Source: a virus. Taken from it: DNA of 64,000 bases. The position numbers and the translations under genes were made by a program. The notes beneath the pieces were generated by a model. The model searched no databases. It was not told the origin of the DNA and saw only the letters and a program-made list of their open reading frames with translations. Below are positions 56,272 to 64,000 of this stretch, one piece after another. The stretch lies in IMG/VR virus record IMGVR_UViG_3300008448_011290. One strand, given 5' to 3'. Each line of letters opens with the position of its first letter. The first letter of the stretch is position 1.

Positions 56272-57511
56272 AATTCACCGTCATTCCAAATGGTGCTTGT
56301 ATGTTTCTTTCGTAACTGTTATTAATTAAGAATATAGTATCGCAATAATCTTTGTCACCCCAGCTGTCAAATGGCCAACCATCTGTAAACATGATGAATT
56401 TTTTAGGTTCAATACCTTCTTCTTTCATGAAATCCCAATTACACATAAAATCAGTACCACCACCTGAACCTATCACATAATCTGTAAGTTCATCCATATT
56501 GTCTGGTGTGAATATTTTAGGATTGAATACTTTGGTATCAAACGACCAAAGATGTATTTTAAAGTCTTTGTATTGTTCCATTATGCCGCGAATCTCGCCT
56601 AAGAAATCTCTACATTGTTGTTCACTAATAGAACCTGAAGCATCAATGGCCAAACATATATCAATAGAATCAGTATTGATCATGCCTGGCAACACAGCAT
56701 CCATGTGCCAGCTTCTTCTGCTGGGTTTCATGAATGTGTAATCACTCTTCATTGTGCTCAATATTTGTTGTTGAATAATTTCTCTCCAGTTTAATTTAGG
56801 TTCTGTAAGATCAGCAATCATTCTTTGAATACTGCCTGGTAGATTACCTGCACCTGTGCTCTGTGCTGCTGACATCATGGCTTCTTTGATCTCATCTTTG
56901 ATTTTTTTAAGTTCTTCTTTGGTATACACAGGTTTTCCACTTTGTCCTTGACCTTGACCCTCTTTGTTCTTGTCTTTGCTTTCTCCTTCGCCCTGTCCTT
57001 GACCTTTGCCCCAATCAATATGTTCGTCTAATAATTCACCTAATTTTTTAAGATCCACTTTGTTCTTTTTAACCTGTTTCATTAGATCATCATAGATCTT
57101 TTCTGAAGCCCAATCTTTGTATTTGTCGTCTTGGAAACCTTTATTCTCACCTTTTTTACCTTTGGGCATTTCACCAATTCTATAATCCACTAGTATTTGG
57201 TTCACAGCATAGTCACAGGCAATATTCCAAATCTGTGGATCTCTACCTTCAGATCTCAACATCATATGTTCAAATACATTGTGTAGCACTTCATGTCCAA
57301 ATAGGAATTCAGTTTCTTTGGGAGTTAGACTGTCTATGAATTTGATGTTGTAAAAAAAGTGTCTGCCATCAGTGGCTGCTGTAGGACACCAATCATCAGC
57401 ATTCACTATTTTAAGTCTTGTAGCAAGATTGCCAAAGAAAGGATGTTTCAATAGCAGTGCAATTCTTGCAGTGACTAGTTTGTCTAGAATTTTTTGATCT
57501 GTGGCAGCCAT
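56261..57511 (-). CDS. Putative metallopeptidase plus VWA-like domain protein (DUF2201-type)
   Basis: TAATDG, HEVLH (HExxH), WNIACDYAVN; C-terminal IDASGSI (MIDAS-like), GGGTDF, FTDG. Confidence 0.85.
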   Translation of the reverse strand: MAATDQKILDKLVTARIALLLKHPFFGNLATRLKIVNADDWCPTAATDGRHFFYNIKFIDSLTPKETEFLFGHEVLHNVFEHMMLRSEGRDPQIWNIACDYAVNQILVDYRIGEMPKGKKGENKGFQDDKYKDWASEKIYDDLMKQVKKNKVDLKKLGELLDEHIDWGKGQGQGEGESKDKNKEGQGQGQSGKPVYTKEELKKIKDEIKEAMMSAAQSTGAGNLPGSIQRMIADLTEPKLNWREIIQQQILSTMKSDYTFMKPSRRSWHMDAVLPGMINTDSIDICLAIDASGSISEQQCRDFLGEIRGIMEQYKDFKIHLWSFDTKVFNPKIFTPDNMDELTDYVIGSGGGTDFMCNWDFMKEEGIEPKKFIMFTDGWPFDSWGDKDYCDTIFLINNSYERNIQAPFGMTVNYED

Positions 57512-58614
57512 TATTTAGACTCCATTGCAGTTATGACATACTTGCCAAACTTTTTATGGAATCTATCAAATGATTTTAATTTACTTGGATCAAATGGCAG
57601 TTTGTAATTTGTAAGAGCAATCTTCGCACCCATAACAACTAACTCTGTTTCAAAGTTATCCATCATATAGTTGAAGAATCTATCTGCCATATCGTTCCAA
57701 TTTTTTTCTTTGTTGATGTGTGCCTGTTGTAATTCATAGCACAGACTCACAGTCAACGAATACATTGCTGATATTTCTTTAGTCTTAAGATCTTTGACCT
57801 TGCCGCTCAATATGTCGGATGGGTTAGGTAGCTGACCGCTAATTTTACGATGATTCATAAATTTAACGGCCAGACCCTCTCCTACTGCGCCTGCCACGAG
57901 GTCAGTGAGCGTACTTTCAGGCAAGCTGTCCGATAGAAGTTGGCTAACGAAACTCCATGATCTAGGAGTTGCGAAAGAACGTGATGATCCCTTGGGATCA
58001 AAATCGTACAAATCTTGTTTGGCAAATGTTACATAACCTACCACATCAGGATGTACTCTGTTTAGAGTTGCCCATTGCATCCAATCTTCGTAGTCTACTC
58101 GTAATTCAATGTGAACGAATCTGTTCGCTAATGGTGCTGGCATTCTGTAAGTAACGCCTTTGTCAGCATCTCTGTTACCGGCTGCCACAATTGCAACACC
58201 TTCTGGTAGATGATATTGTCCTACTCTACGATTTAAGATTAATTGATAAGCCGCTGCCTGAACAGCAGGAGCCGCTGAGTTTAATTCATCTAAGAATATG
58301 ATTGCTGTGGATTCGGGATCTGTAGGCAATTCTGCTGGAGGAGCCCAAACCATGTTGTTTTCTTTAGAATTGTAATAAGGAATACCTTTAATGTCTGTGG
58401 GTTCCCACAATGGCAACCTAATATCAATCACCTGTCTTTTTTGTTCTTCTGCAACCTGTTTAACGATATCAGATTTACCAATACCAGGTGCACCCCACAT
58501 CATTAGTGGTCTTTGTAATTGCAGACAATGTGCTAATGCTGCCTTTGCTTCATTTGGAGTTACGGTTCTATTTTGAGAACCAACCGCTGTGCTTTTTTCT
58601 TTTTTGCTCACCAT
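57511..58614 (-). CDS. MoxR-like AAA+ ATPase
   Basis: Walker A GAPGIGKS, Walker B IIFLDE, AAGN, PLANRF, TPRSW. Confidence 0.9.
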   Translation of the reverse strand: MVSKKEKSTAVGSQNRTVTPNEAKAALAHCLQLQRPLMMWGAPGIGKSDIVKQVAEEQKRQVIDIRLPLWEPTDIKGIPYYNSKENNMVWAPPAELPTDPESTAIIFLDELNSAAPAVQAAAYQLILNRRVGQYHLPEGVAIVAAGNRDADKGVTYRMPAPLANRFVHIELRVDYEDWMQWATLNRVHPDVVGYVTFAKQDLYDFDPKGSSRSFATPRSWSFVSQLLSDSLPESTLTDLVAGAVGEGLAVKFMNHRKISGQLPNPSDILSGKVKDLKTKEISAMYSLTVSLCYELQQAHINKEKNWNDMADRFFNYMMDNFETELVVMGAKIALTNYKLPFDPSKLKSFDRFHKKFGKYVITAMESK

Positions 58615-58647
58615 TTTTAGACCTCTCTAAAATTTGTTTATAGTATC

Positions 58648-58675
58648 ATTATAACATAAAACGATATAAGGTCAA
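58648..58675 (-). promoter_or_regulatory. sigma70-type promoter TTGACC-N16-TATAAT with extended -10 (TGt)
   Basis: Minus strand TTGACC ttatatcgttttaTGt TATAAT, upstream of the AAA gene (GAGG Shine-Dalgarno). Confidence 0.65.
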
Positions 58676-58682
58676 CTGGGTA

Positions 58683-58695
58683 TAAGTCACTGATT
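58683..58695 (-). promoter_or_regulatory. IHF-consensus-like site AATCAGTGACTTA
   Basis: Matches WATCARnnnnTTR, 7 nt upstream of the -35 box and flanked by an A/T tract. Confidence 0.4.
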
Positions 58696-58706
58696 TTATT
58701 AACTTT

Positions 58707-59825
58707 TTAAAAATAATCGTAAAAAGTTGGAATATAATCAGTTATTTTTATATTTCTTTTTTGATCTAGATCTTTTATAAAAATTAATAGATTATCTTGT
58801 TCATTTTTTTCACTATTACATAAATTTTTGATTAAACTCTGTATTTCTAAATTAAACTTTAAATCAAAAGTTGATTTATGTTCATTAATGAATCTTTTTA
58901 AATCTTCTATAAATTTGTTTTTAAGTTTTATTGGTGCAAGATTAGGATTGAACATCGTAGGAAAATTTACTTTACTCAAATTTACACCAAGTTTTTTATT
59001 ATTGTCTTTAAATATTTTTACCATTTTATTAATCCATACTAGAAAATCATAAAAATTGTACATAGAAAGAGTTTGTAAAGATATTTGTAGATTTATTTGA
59101 TGTTTGCTTTTGGACATTTTAATTAAATTTTCTTCTATTTTATTGAATTTGCTAGGATATCTTATGTAATCGTTACTTAATTCGTAAGAATCAATGCTTA
59201 CATCTATGTTTACTTGTTTAAAATCATTCAAAATTTCATAGAATCTATTATTAATGTTTGTGAGATTAGTGATACAATCTAGAGTTATGTTAGAGATTGT
59301 TCCATCTTTTTTTAAAAGATCAAAATAATATAGATATTCTGGTATAAGGCTAGGCTCTCCACCTTGTATAGTTAGATGTTTTAAATTTTTTGATATGCTG
59401 TAAAGATCATCTATTTTGTCTGTTGATATAGATAATACTCCGTTTGTCTCTTTATTTTTATTGAGATCTTTAGCCCACTGAGAACTTCTATCGGCATTAC
59501 ACATTATGCATTTTAAATTACATAGATTACTGAAATCTAAATCTGCAACAGAGGGTAATTCTTCTGTATTATATTGTTTAAAAATAGAATTATAGTGTTG
59601 TCGAAGACTTAATGCATTAATTTTTTCTGTTTTATAACAATTATTACATTCTTTTAATTCTGTTCCTGCAGCCATTTTTTCTCTAACTTGTTTTAGATAT
59701 TGATCACTCCAAAACTCTGTTGGTTTATCTTGTGAGAATTTATAGGAATTACAACACAATCTATTTCCTCTCGCATTGATTTGGAATCCATTGAATGGAA
59801 ATTTACAATAGGTTTTATTATGCAT
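58707..59825 (-). CDS. Radical SAM protein with N-terminal twitch-like domain (AT-rich, isolated copy)
   Basis: YCKFPF...LCC...CNNCY, then NLCNLKCIMC, QGGEP and ITN. Confidence 0.88.
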   Translation of the reverse strand: MHNKTYCKFPFNGFQINARGNRLCCNSYKFSQDKPTEFWSDQYLKQVREKMAAGTELKECNNCYKTEKINALSLRQHYNSIFKQYNTEELPSVADLDFSNLCNLKCIMCNADRSSQWAKDLNKNKETNGVLSISTDKIDDLYSISKNLKHLTIQGGEPSLIPEYLYYFDLLKKDGTISNITLDCITNLTNINNRFYEILNDFKQVNIDVSIDSYELSNDYIRYPSKFNKIEENLIKMSKSKHQINLQISLQTLSMYNFYDFLVWINKMVKIFKDNNKKLGVNLSKVNFPTMFNPNLAPIKLKNKFIEDLKRFINEHKSTFDLKFNLEIQSLIKNLCNSEKNEQDNLLIFIKDLDQKRNIKITDYIPTFYDYF

Positions 59826-60213
59826 TTTTCTGTTCGTCCATTTTGCTCATTGCACGAGCTAGGCCATATTTGGTGACATCTCCAGCAAACATCATCAATT
59901 GCAGAGCCATTTTTTCCATTGTGACCACAATCTGTTTTTTATCCACATAGTATGGACAATCTACAAACTCATCTAACCATAGAAAAGTTTGCGGTGTAAA
60001 AATGATTTTGTCAGGGAATTTAATAGTGTAGGTTTTGATTTCTAATCGGTTTATGATGTCTAATCCTTGTTTGGTCAATCGCAATGATCTTGCTTGATAG
60101 CTCTCTCTTACATTCTGCCACCAAGTGTAATAACAGCTCTTTAGAGTTTCTTCATGATCAGGCTGATTTAACAATTGCATGAAGGTGCGAGTATAGGCGG
60201 TCTTAACGTCCAT
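59818..60213 (-). CDS. Hypothetical protein
   Basis: 131 aa; WWQN...SLRLTKQG...CPYY; TAATTA 5 nt upstream of the ATG. Confidence 0.6.
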   Translation of the reverse strand: MDVKTAYTRTFMQLLNQPDHEETLKSCYYTWWQNVRESYQARSLRLTKQGLDIINRLEIKTYTIKFPDKIIFTPQTFLWLDEFVDCPYYVDKKQIVVTMEKMALQLMMFAGDVTKYGLARAMSKMDEQKNA

Positions 60214-60221
60214 ACTGTTAA

Positions 60222-60509
60222 TTATCTTTTAAATTTTTCGCCAGTCTTTAATAGGTATACACCAAACTTATCAGTTTTGTGCATGGTGTTTAACTTTTTA
60301 GCTAGATTTTCCGCATGTCCTGGGTTGGAAAAAGAAACTTTCTTGTACTTAGGACCCGGATAATTAGAAACCAAACTAGATGATTTTAGATTGATTGGTT
60401 TACCATCGTAAAACACTGCCCAAATTCCCACTGCCGCAAGCACTTCCTCTTGCTTGTAAGTGTCTTTATTGCTGATTGTTAACAGCACTGTAGGCTTTGG
60501 TCTTGACAT
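60222..60509 (-). CDS. Hypothetical protein
   Basis: 95 aa, MSRPKPTVLL...KYKKVSFSNPGHA; TAAATA at 60522-60527 upstream. Confidence 0.65.
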   Translation of the reverse strand: MSRPKPTVLLTISNKDTYKQEEVLAAVGIWAVFYDGKPINLKSSSLVSNYPGPKYKKVSFSNPGHAENLAKKLNTMHKTDKFGVYLLKTGEKFKR

Positions 60510-60546
60510 AATCTATCATAGTATTTACCAATTTTTACCAGATAAA

Positions 60547-60795
60547 CTATTTAGAAAAGTTGCCGCCGTCCATTTCAATGTTGATCGTTTGCGACTGTTG
60601 TGCTGTTTTTAGCGCCTCGATTATTTCTTCCTGTACAGATACTAACCTTGTCATGGTTTGACTTAAACTGCCTGCCAAACGATCAGCATCCTGTATGGTT
60701 AGGGTAATATTTTTATCCTGTTTTGACTTAGCAGTTCTTACTCTTGCTATGAAGTCTTCAATGGGTTGTGTCTGTATTTTGTTCTTTGATTGCAT
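60547..60795 (-). CDS. Hypothetical protein
   Basis: 82 aa, ends in MDGGNF. Confidence 0.55.
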   Translation of the reverse strand: MQSKNKIQTQPIEDFIARVRTAKSKQDKNITLTIQDADRLAGSLSQTMTRLVSVQEEIIEALKTAQQSQTINIEMDGGNFSK

Positions 60796-61270
60796 TGTTT
60801 AATATCTGTTGCATTTCTATTTTGGTTTTGATAGGTCCTTTATATGGATATCGCTGTAGTGTAATTACCTTAGGACAGTAGGCTTTCCTCCATCCTTTGG
60901 GGAAATCTATGATATAATAGCCTGCACAAAATAGACTTCGGCTTTTGGGTGTTTTGGTGTAAATGGGCAGTTGTTTTTGCACATCAAACATGGCATTATA
61001 CGGCTGTTGTGAGCAAGGGAATCCATGCACGTGCCACTCACTCTCTTCTAATTTAGTCTCATTCTCCGGCACTGAGATATCTGATGCAAATATACCCGAT
61101 CCAAATCGAGCATATAGACTTTCTTGTGTAGGGTATTCCTGTCTCTGGTCTTTCTTACCTAAGAAGATCCAACCATCGTTGTCTTTTTTCTGCAGTGTAC
61201 CTAATTTCTGACCATTTTCTTCTATGATCCAAAATTTATCTTTTACTAATATTTTTGCTCGCATGGTCAT
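60758..61270 (-). CDS. Hypothetical protein
   Basis: 170 aa; LPIYTKTPKSRSLFCAGYY...CPKVITL. Confidence 0.6.
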   Translation of the reverse strand: MTMRAKILVKDKFWIIEENGQKLGTLQKKDNDGWIFLGKKDQRQEYPTQESLYARFGSGIFASDISVPENETKLEESEWHVHGFPCSQQPYNAMFDVQKQLPIYTKTPKSRSLFCAGYYIIDFPKGWRKAYCPKVITLQRYPYKGPIKTKIEMQQILNNAIKEQNTDTTH

Positions 61271-62250
61271 ACTAATCTTGCATTAAATGGTTCTACATAT
61301 AACTGTGCTTGTTCTGTAATCTTTTGTAGATCATACTTGGCACAAAATTTCATGAATCTTATGCCCACTTGTGATATCTGTTTGTTTTCTGCTTTGGCTT
61401 GAGCAATTGTTTGATCTAATTCTTGCACAATAGCTTCTGGTTGTGCATGTAAATCAACCAGTAATCTATTACGCTCATAATCGTCCATAACTCTATGTTC
61501 TACACCTTCCGGATCCATCCATTTACTTAACATTAGATTATTCCAAGCATAACCTTTATTGGTTCTATCTTCGAATGCTTCCAATAAGCCCACTTTGTTT
61601 TTAGTACCTTTTTTACGCACACCTGGGTATGCTGAAAATATATTATCAGATGGATCTCCTCTCATGGCTTTTTCAAATATGGTCCATTCTGCACTCTCTG
61701 TTTTTCTATGCTCTTTGGTTTTATTGTCTATAACAGGATTGCCTTTTTTATCGAAATAGCCATCCACAGTTATGGTTTCCTCAGTAACACCGTTGTATTG
61801 TCGCACATTGGGTGCTATTAATTGATTGAGATCCTTATCTGTACTAATGATTACGTGCTGTTGATCAGGATGCTTGTCAATCCAACGAGCTATTAGATCA
61901 TCTGCTTCACATCTGCCATTCTGTAGCACTGTGACATTAGTCTTGGTTCGAATAAAATCAACAAAATCATCATAGCACTCCCAAAATAATTTATTCTCTT
62001 CTTGCTCAGTTGCTGTCATTGCCTGCACTGTTTCTGCTCTATTTCTTTTATAAGGAGCATAGTGGTCTTTCCTCCAACTACGACCTTCCAAACAGAATAT
62101 CACATGAGTACCATCAAAATCATTCCAGGCTTTTTTAATAGAATTTAAAGTGATATGTATAGCCATACCGATCTTTTCTGATGCATCACCACGTATCACG
62201 TGTCTTGCTCGGAAAAAAGTATTAGCAGTATCGACCAATATATGGGTCAT
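61267..62250 (-). CDS. rnh: T4 RNase H-like 5'-3' exonuclease/flap nuclease
   Basis: ILVDTAN, SWRKDHYAPYKRNR, EADDLIA, ISTDKDLNQL, MRGDPSDNI, RNRLLVDL. Confidence 0.88.
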   Translation of the reverse strand: MTHILVDTANTFFRARHVIRGDASEKIGMAIHITLNSIKKAWNDFDGTHVIFCLEGRSWRKDHYAPYKRNRAETVQAMTATEQEENKLFWECYDDFVDFIRTKTNVTVLQNGRCEADDLIARWIDKHPDQQHVIISTDKDLNQLIAPNVRQYNGVTEETITVDGYFDKKGNPVIDNKTKEHRKTESAEWTIFEKAMRGDPSDNIFSAYPGVRKKGTKNKVGLLEAFEDRTNKGYAWNNLMLSKWMDPEGVEHRVMDDYERNRLLVDLHAQPEAIVQELDQTIAQAKAENKQISQVGIRFMKFCAKYDLQKITEQAQLYVEPFNARLV

Positions 62251-62253
62251 ACT

Positions 62254-62556
62254 CTAAGATACCTCAGTCTTGCCGTCGTTTCGTCTATTGATTTGTACAT
62301 AACCTGCACCAGTTATGTCTATGCCTTGCTCATTGCCGATGGTCTTGCACAGGCTTTGAAACCAACGATCCACAATCTCTTCTTCAGATTCTCCTGTGTA
62401 GCCGTTCTGTTTCAACATATTAACAAATTCATCATTCCAGTCTAATTCAAAGAATCCATTTCTTGGGTTTTCTGGATTTACATTCACTTGTAAAACTTTA
62501 ACCATTGGCTCTTCGCTCTTTTGAACTTTTGTATTTTTAGTTTTTTTAACTTTCAT
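62254..62556 (-). CDS. Hypothetical protein
   Basis: 100 aa; GFFELDWNDEFV...GY.GESEEEIVDRWF. Confidence 0.6.
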   Translation of the reverse strand: MKVKKTKNTKVQKSEEPMVKVLQVNVNPENPRNGFFELDWNDEFVNMLKQNGYTGESEEEIVDRWFQSLCKTIGNEQGIDITGAGYVQINRRNDGKTEVS

Positions 62557-62563
62557 AAAATAT

Positions 62564-62592
62564 ATTATACTTTATTTTCCATTTTTATGCAA
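62564..62592 (-). promoter_or_regulatory. sigma70-type promoter TTGCAT-N17-TATAAT, 7 nt before ATG 62556
   Basis: The -35 box (62587-62592) lies in the last codons of the upstream gene; -10 box at 62564-62569. Confidence 0.6.
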
Positions 62593-63543
62593 ATAAAAAG
62601 GATTAGGAATACCATTAAAAGTTGGTAAATTAGGATTCATTGCTTGGTAATGTTGAGGATACCAGTCTAGATATTCTAATAATTCATTTACGTCTTTAAA
62701 AAAAGAATTTGTATTAGGTATAATTTTAAATTTAAAATTTGATTCTATCCATGCCGAAAGATAACCTTCTTCAAATACATCTAATGTGGTAAGATCATAA
62801 TTCTGCCGATTTTTTATGCAATCAATGATTGTTTTTATTCGATCTTTAGAGTTATAATCTTTTCTTGTATTTAAAAATTGTTTATGTAGATCTTTTGCTT
62901 GATCATTTATTTCTATTTGTAAATTAAATTTTTGATTTATTTTTTGTATATTTTTAAAAAAATTATCGAATTCCCAAAATGCAGAAATTGGAAAAAAAAG
63001 AGTGTTATTAGGAGCTTTTTTTTTAAAAGACAGATTATCTTGCAAGACCTCATCGTCTTTTATATTCAAAAAATTTAATTTTATAAGATCTCTAAAAATA
63101 AATTTTGGGATAACCAATTTGTTATTAGTATTATAATTATATATGTTTTGTATTTTTTTAGAATAAAGTTTTTCAAGATATGGAGAAAAAATAACTTTTT
63201 CATTTTCCACTTTAATACGAATATCTGGTCGATCTATCTCTTCTACTTGACGTGTGTGTAAACATCTATATAGATATAAAAGATCTTTTTCTTCGATTGT
63301 TATAAAAATATGGGGTTGATCCTCATTTTTAAATTTGTAATTTTCTCTAATTGGATGATATATTATTATTAATTTAGAATATTTAATTTTATTGTTATGA
63401 GAATTTCCACTTTCTACAAAAGGAGTTTCTGTAATTGCAGGTGTTAATGCACTAAATCTATCTAAAAAATATCGTAAATAATTTCCATGAAATCCTGGTT
63501 GATAGGCAATGTTTAAAGGATTATTTTTAAGTTCCCCAGGCAT
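62572..63543 (-). CDS. AT-rich hypothetical protein
   Basis: Likely start MPGELK at 63543, overlapping the queE stop; N-terminal IAYQPGFHGNYL loop; very Lys/Asn/Ile-rich. Confidence 0.55.
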   Translation of the reverse strand: MPGELKNNPLNIAYQPGFHGNYLRYFLDRFSALTPAITETPFVESGNSHNNKIKYSKLIIIYHPIRENYKFKNEDQPHIFITIEEKDLLYLYRCLHTRQVEEIDRPDIRIKVENEKVIFSPYLEKLYSKKIQNIYNYNTNNKLVIPKFIFRDLIKLNFLNIKDDEVLQDNLSFKKKAPNNTLFFPISAFWEFDNFFKNIQKINQKFNLQIEINDQAKDLHKQFLNTRKDYNSKDRIKTIIDCIKNRQNYDLTTLDVFEEGYLSAWIESNFKFKIIPNTNSFFKDVNELLEYLDWYPQHYQAMNPNLPTFNGIPNPFYLHKNGK

Positions 63544-64000
63544 TCTTAAACAGTGGCACTTGTAATCTATCACTATATCTATAACCCATTCGCATAGCTA
63601 ACTCTGCCACTCTCCTATTATTCAAGTGATAAACACTCTCTACTCCACCCACAGGCATCAGATATACTGATCCCGAGAATCCTGCTGCTCGATAATCTGC
63701 CACTGCTTGAATTGCTTCTTCGGCATCTTCGTTGGTAGCCACTACAAATTTTAAATACACATGACCTACTTCACTATATTCTGCCACCACTTCAGGCAGT
63801 ATGGCTTCTTCTCTTTTCTCTCCACTCACACTCAATTTTGCACTCACAGAGAATGTTATAGATTCTTTGCTTCTACCGTTCTTCTGACTCCATTCAGTGA
63901 GATATTTTCTAAAATCTGCATGTAATTTTTGTGTGCCGTTGGTTTCAAAAGTGATCTCTTTTAAACCTTGCATCTTGGCATGTTCCAACACATCTGGATA
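63527..64000 (-). CDS. queE: 7-carboxy-7-deazaguanine synthase QueE-like radical SAM protein, C-terminal part (5' end outside the window)
   Basis: ITFETNGTQ, SVSAKLS.SGE, LKFVV, VYLMPVGG, YSDRLQV; the frame is open to base 64000. The CxxxCxxC motif is not visible in the window. Confidence 0.75.
   Translation of the reverse strand, partial: YPDVLEHAKMQGLKEITFETNGTQKLHADFRKYLTEWSQKNGRSKESITFSVSAKLSVSGEKREEAILPEVVAEYSEVGHVYLKFVVATNEDAEEAIQAVADYRAAGFSGSVYLMPVGGVESVYHLNNRRVAELAMRMGYRYSDRLQVPLFKNAWGT

Noticed and set aside
114-62445. Numerous short antisense or alternate-frame ORFs in the track (e.g. 35618-36145, 21880-22248, 3856-4194)
   Set aside because: Fully nested in well-supported genes, with no translation signals or recognisable motifs; shadow ORFs.
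1-64000. Stop-codon reassignment as seen in some jumbo phages
   Set aside because: Genes are full length and tightly packed under the standard code, and TAA, TAG and TGA all terminate genes.
1-64000. Apparent abundance of GATC and TCGA sites as a methylation signature
   Set aside because: Spot counts by eye were near or below the rough composition expectation; a proper k-mer analysis is needed.

Overview
This window is a 64-kb segment of a large, AT-rich, contractile-tailed (T4-like/jumbo myovirus-type) phage genome in the standard genetic code. It is almost fully coding, and I see no tRNA, rRNA, CRISPR array, intron or IS. Region 1-37257 (+) is the baseplate/tail-fibre module: gp53-, gp27-, gp5-, gp25- and gp6-like genes, a 4290-aa multidomain baseplate protein, three paralogous fibre proteins and a glycine-rich fibre. 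An AT-rich, oppositely oriented island (26127-30503) interrupts it and carries two glycosyltransferase-like genes, a methyltransferase fusion, a QueC-like protein and a radical SAM enzyme. Directly downstream (37307-54785) is a ~17.5-kb biosynthetic cluster: GT-A-like proteins, five N-terminal-twitch radical SAM enzymes, two SGNH-like proteins, a carbamoyltransferase, a DegT aminotransferase, two NDP-sugar epimerases and a PIG-L deacetylase. Region 54782-64000 (-) holds hypotheticals, a MoxR-like AAA ATPase plus metallopeptidase-VWA pair, an RNase H/5'-3' exonuclease, two AT-rich inserted genes and a partial queE. The best candidate for a new system is a phage-encoded virion-decoration pathway with aminoglycoside-like amino-sugar chemistry. 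A possible acceptor is the tetrapeptide D-G-S-T, which occurs 17 times in three virion proteins, in unrelated contexts and with unrelated codons. Secondary observations are tandem CFI-box-like Cys domains on a fibre, a type-1-copper-like site in the baseplate giant, and leaderless or nested promoters. All product calls come from motif recognition by eye; no searches were run.
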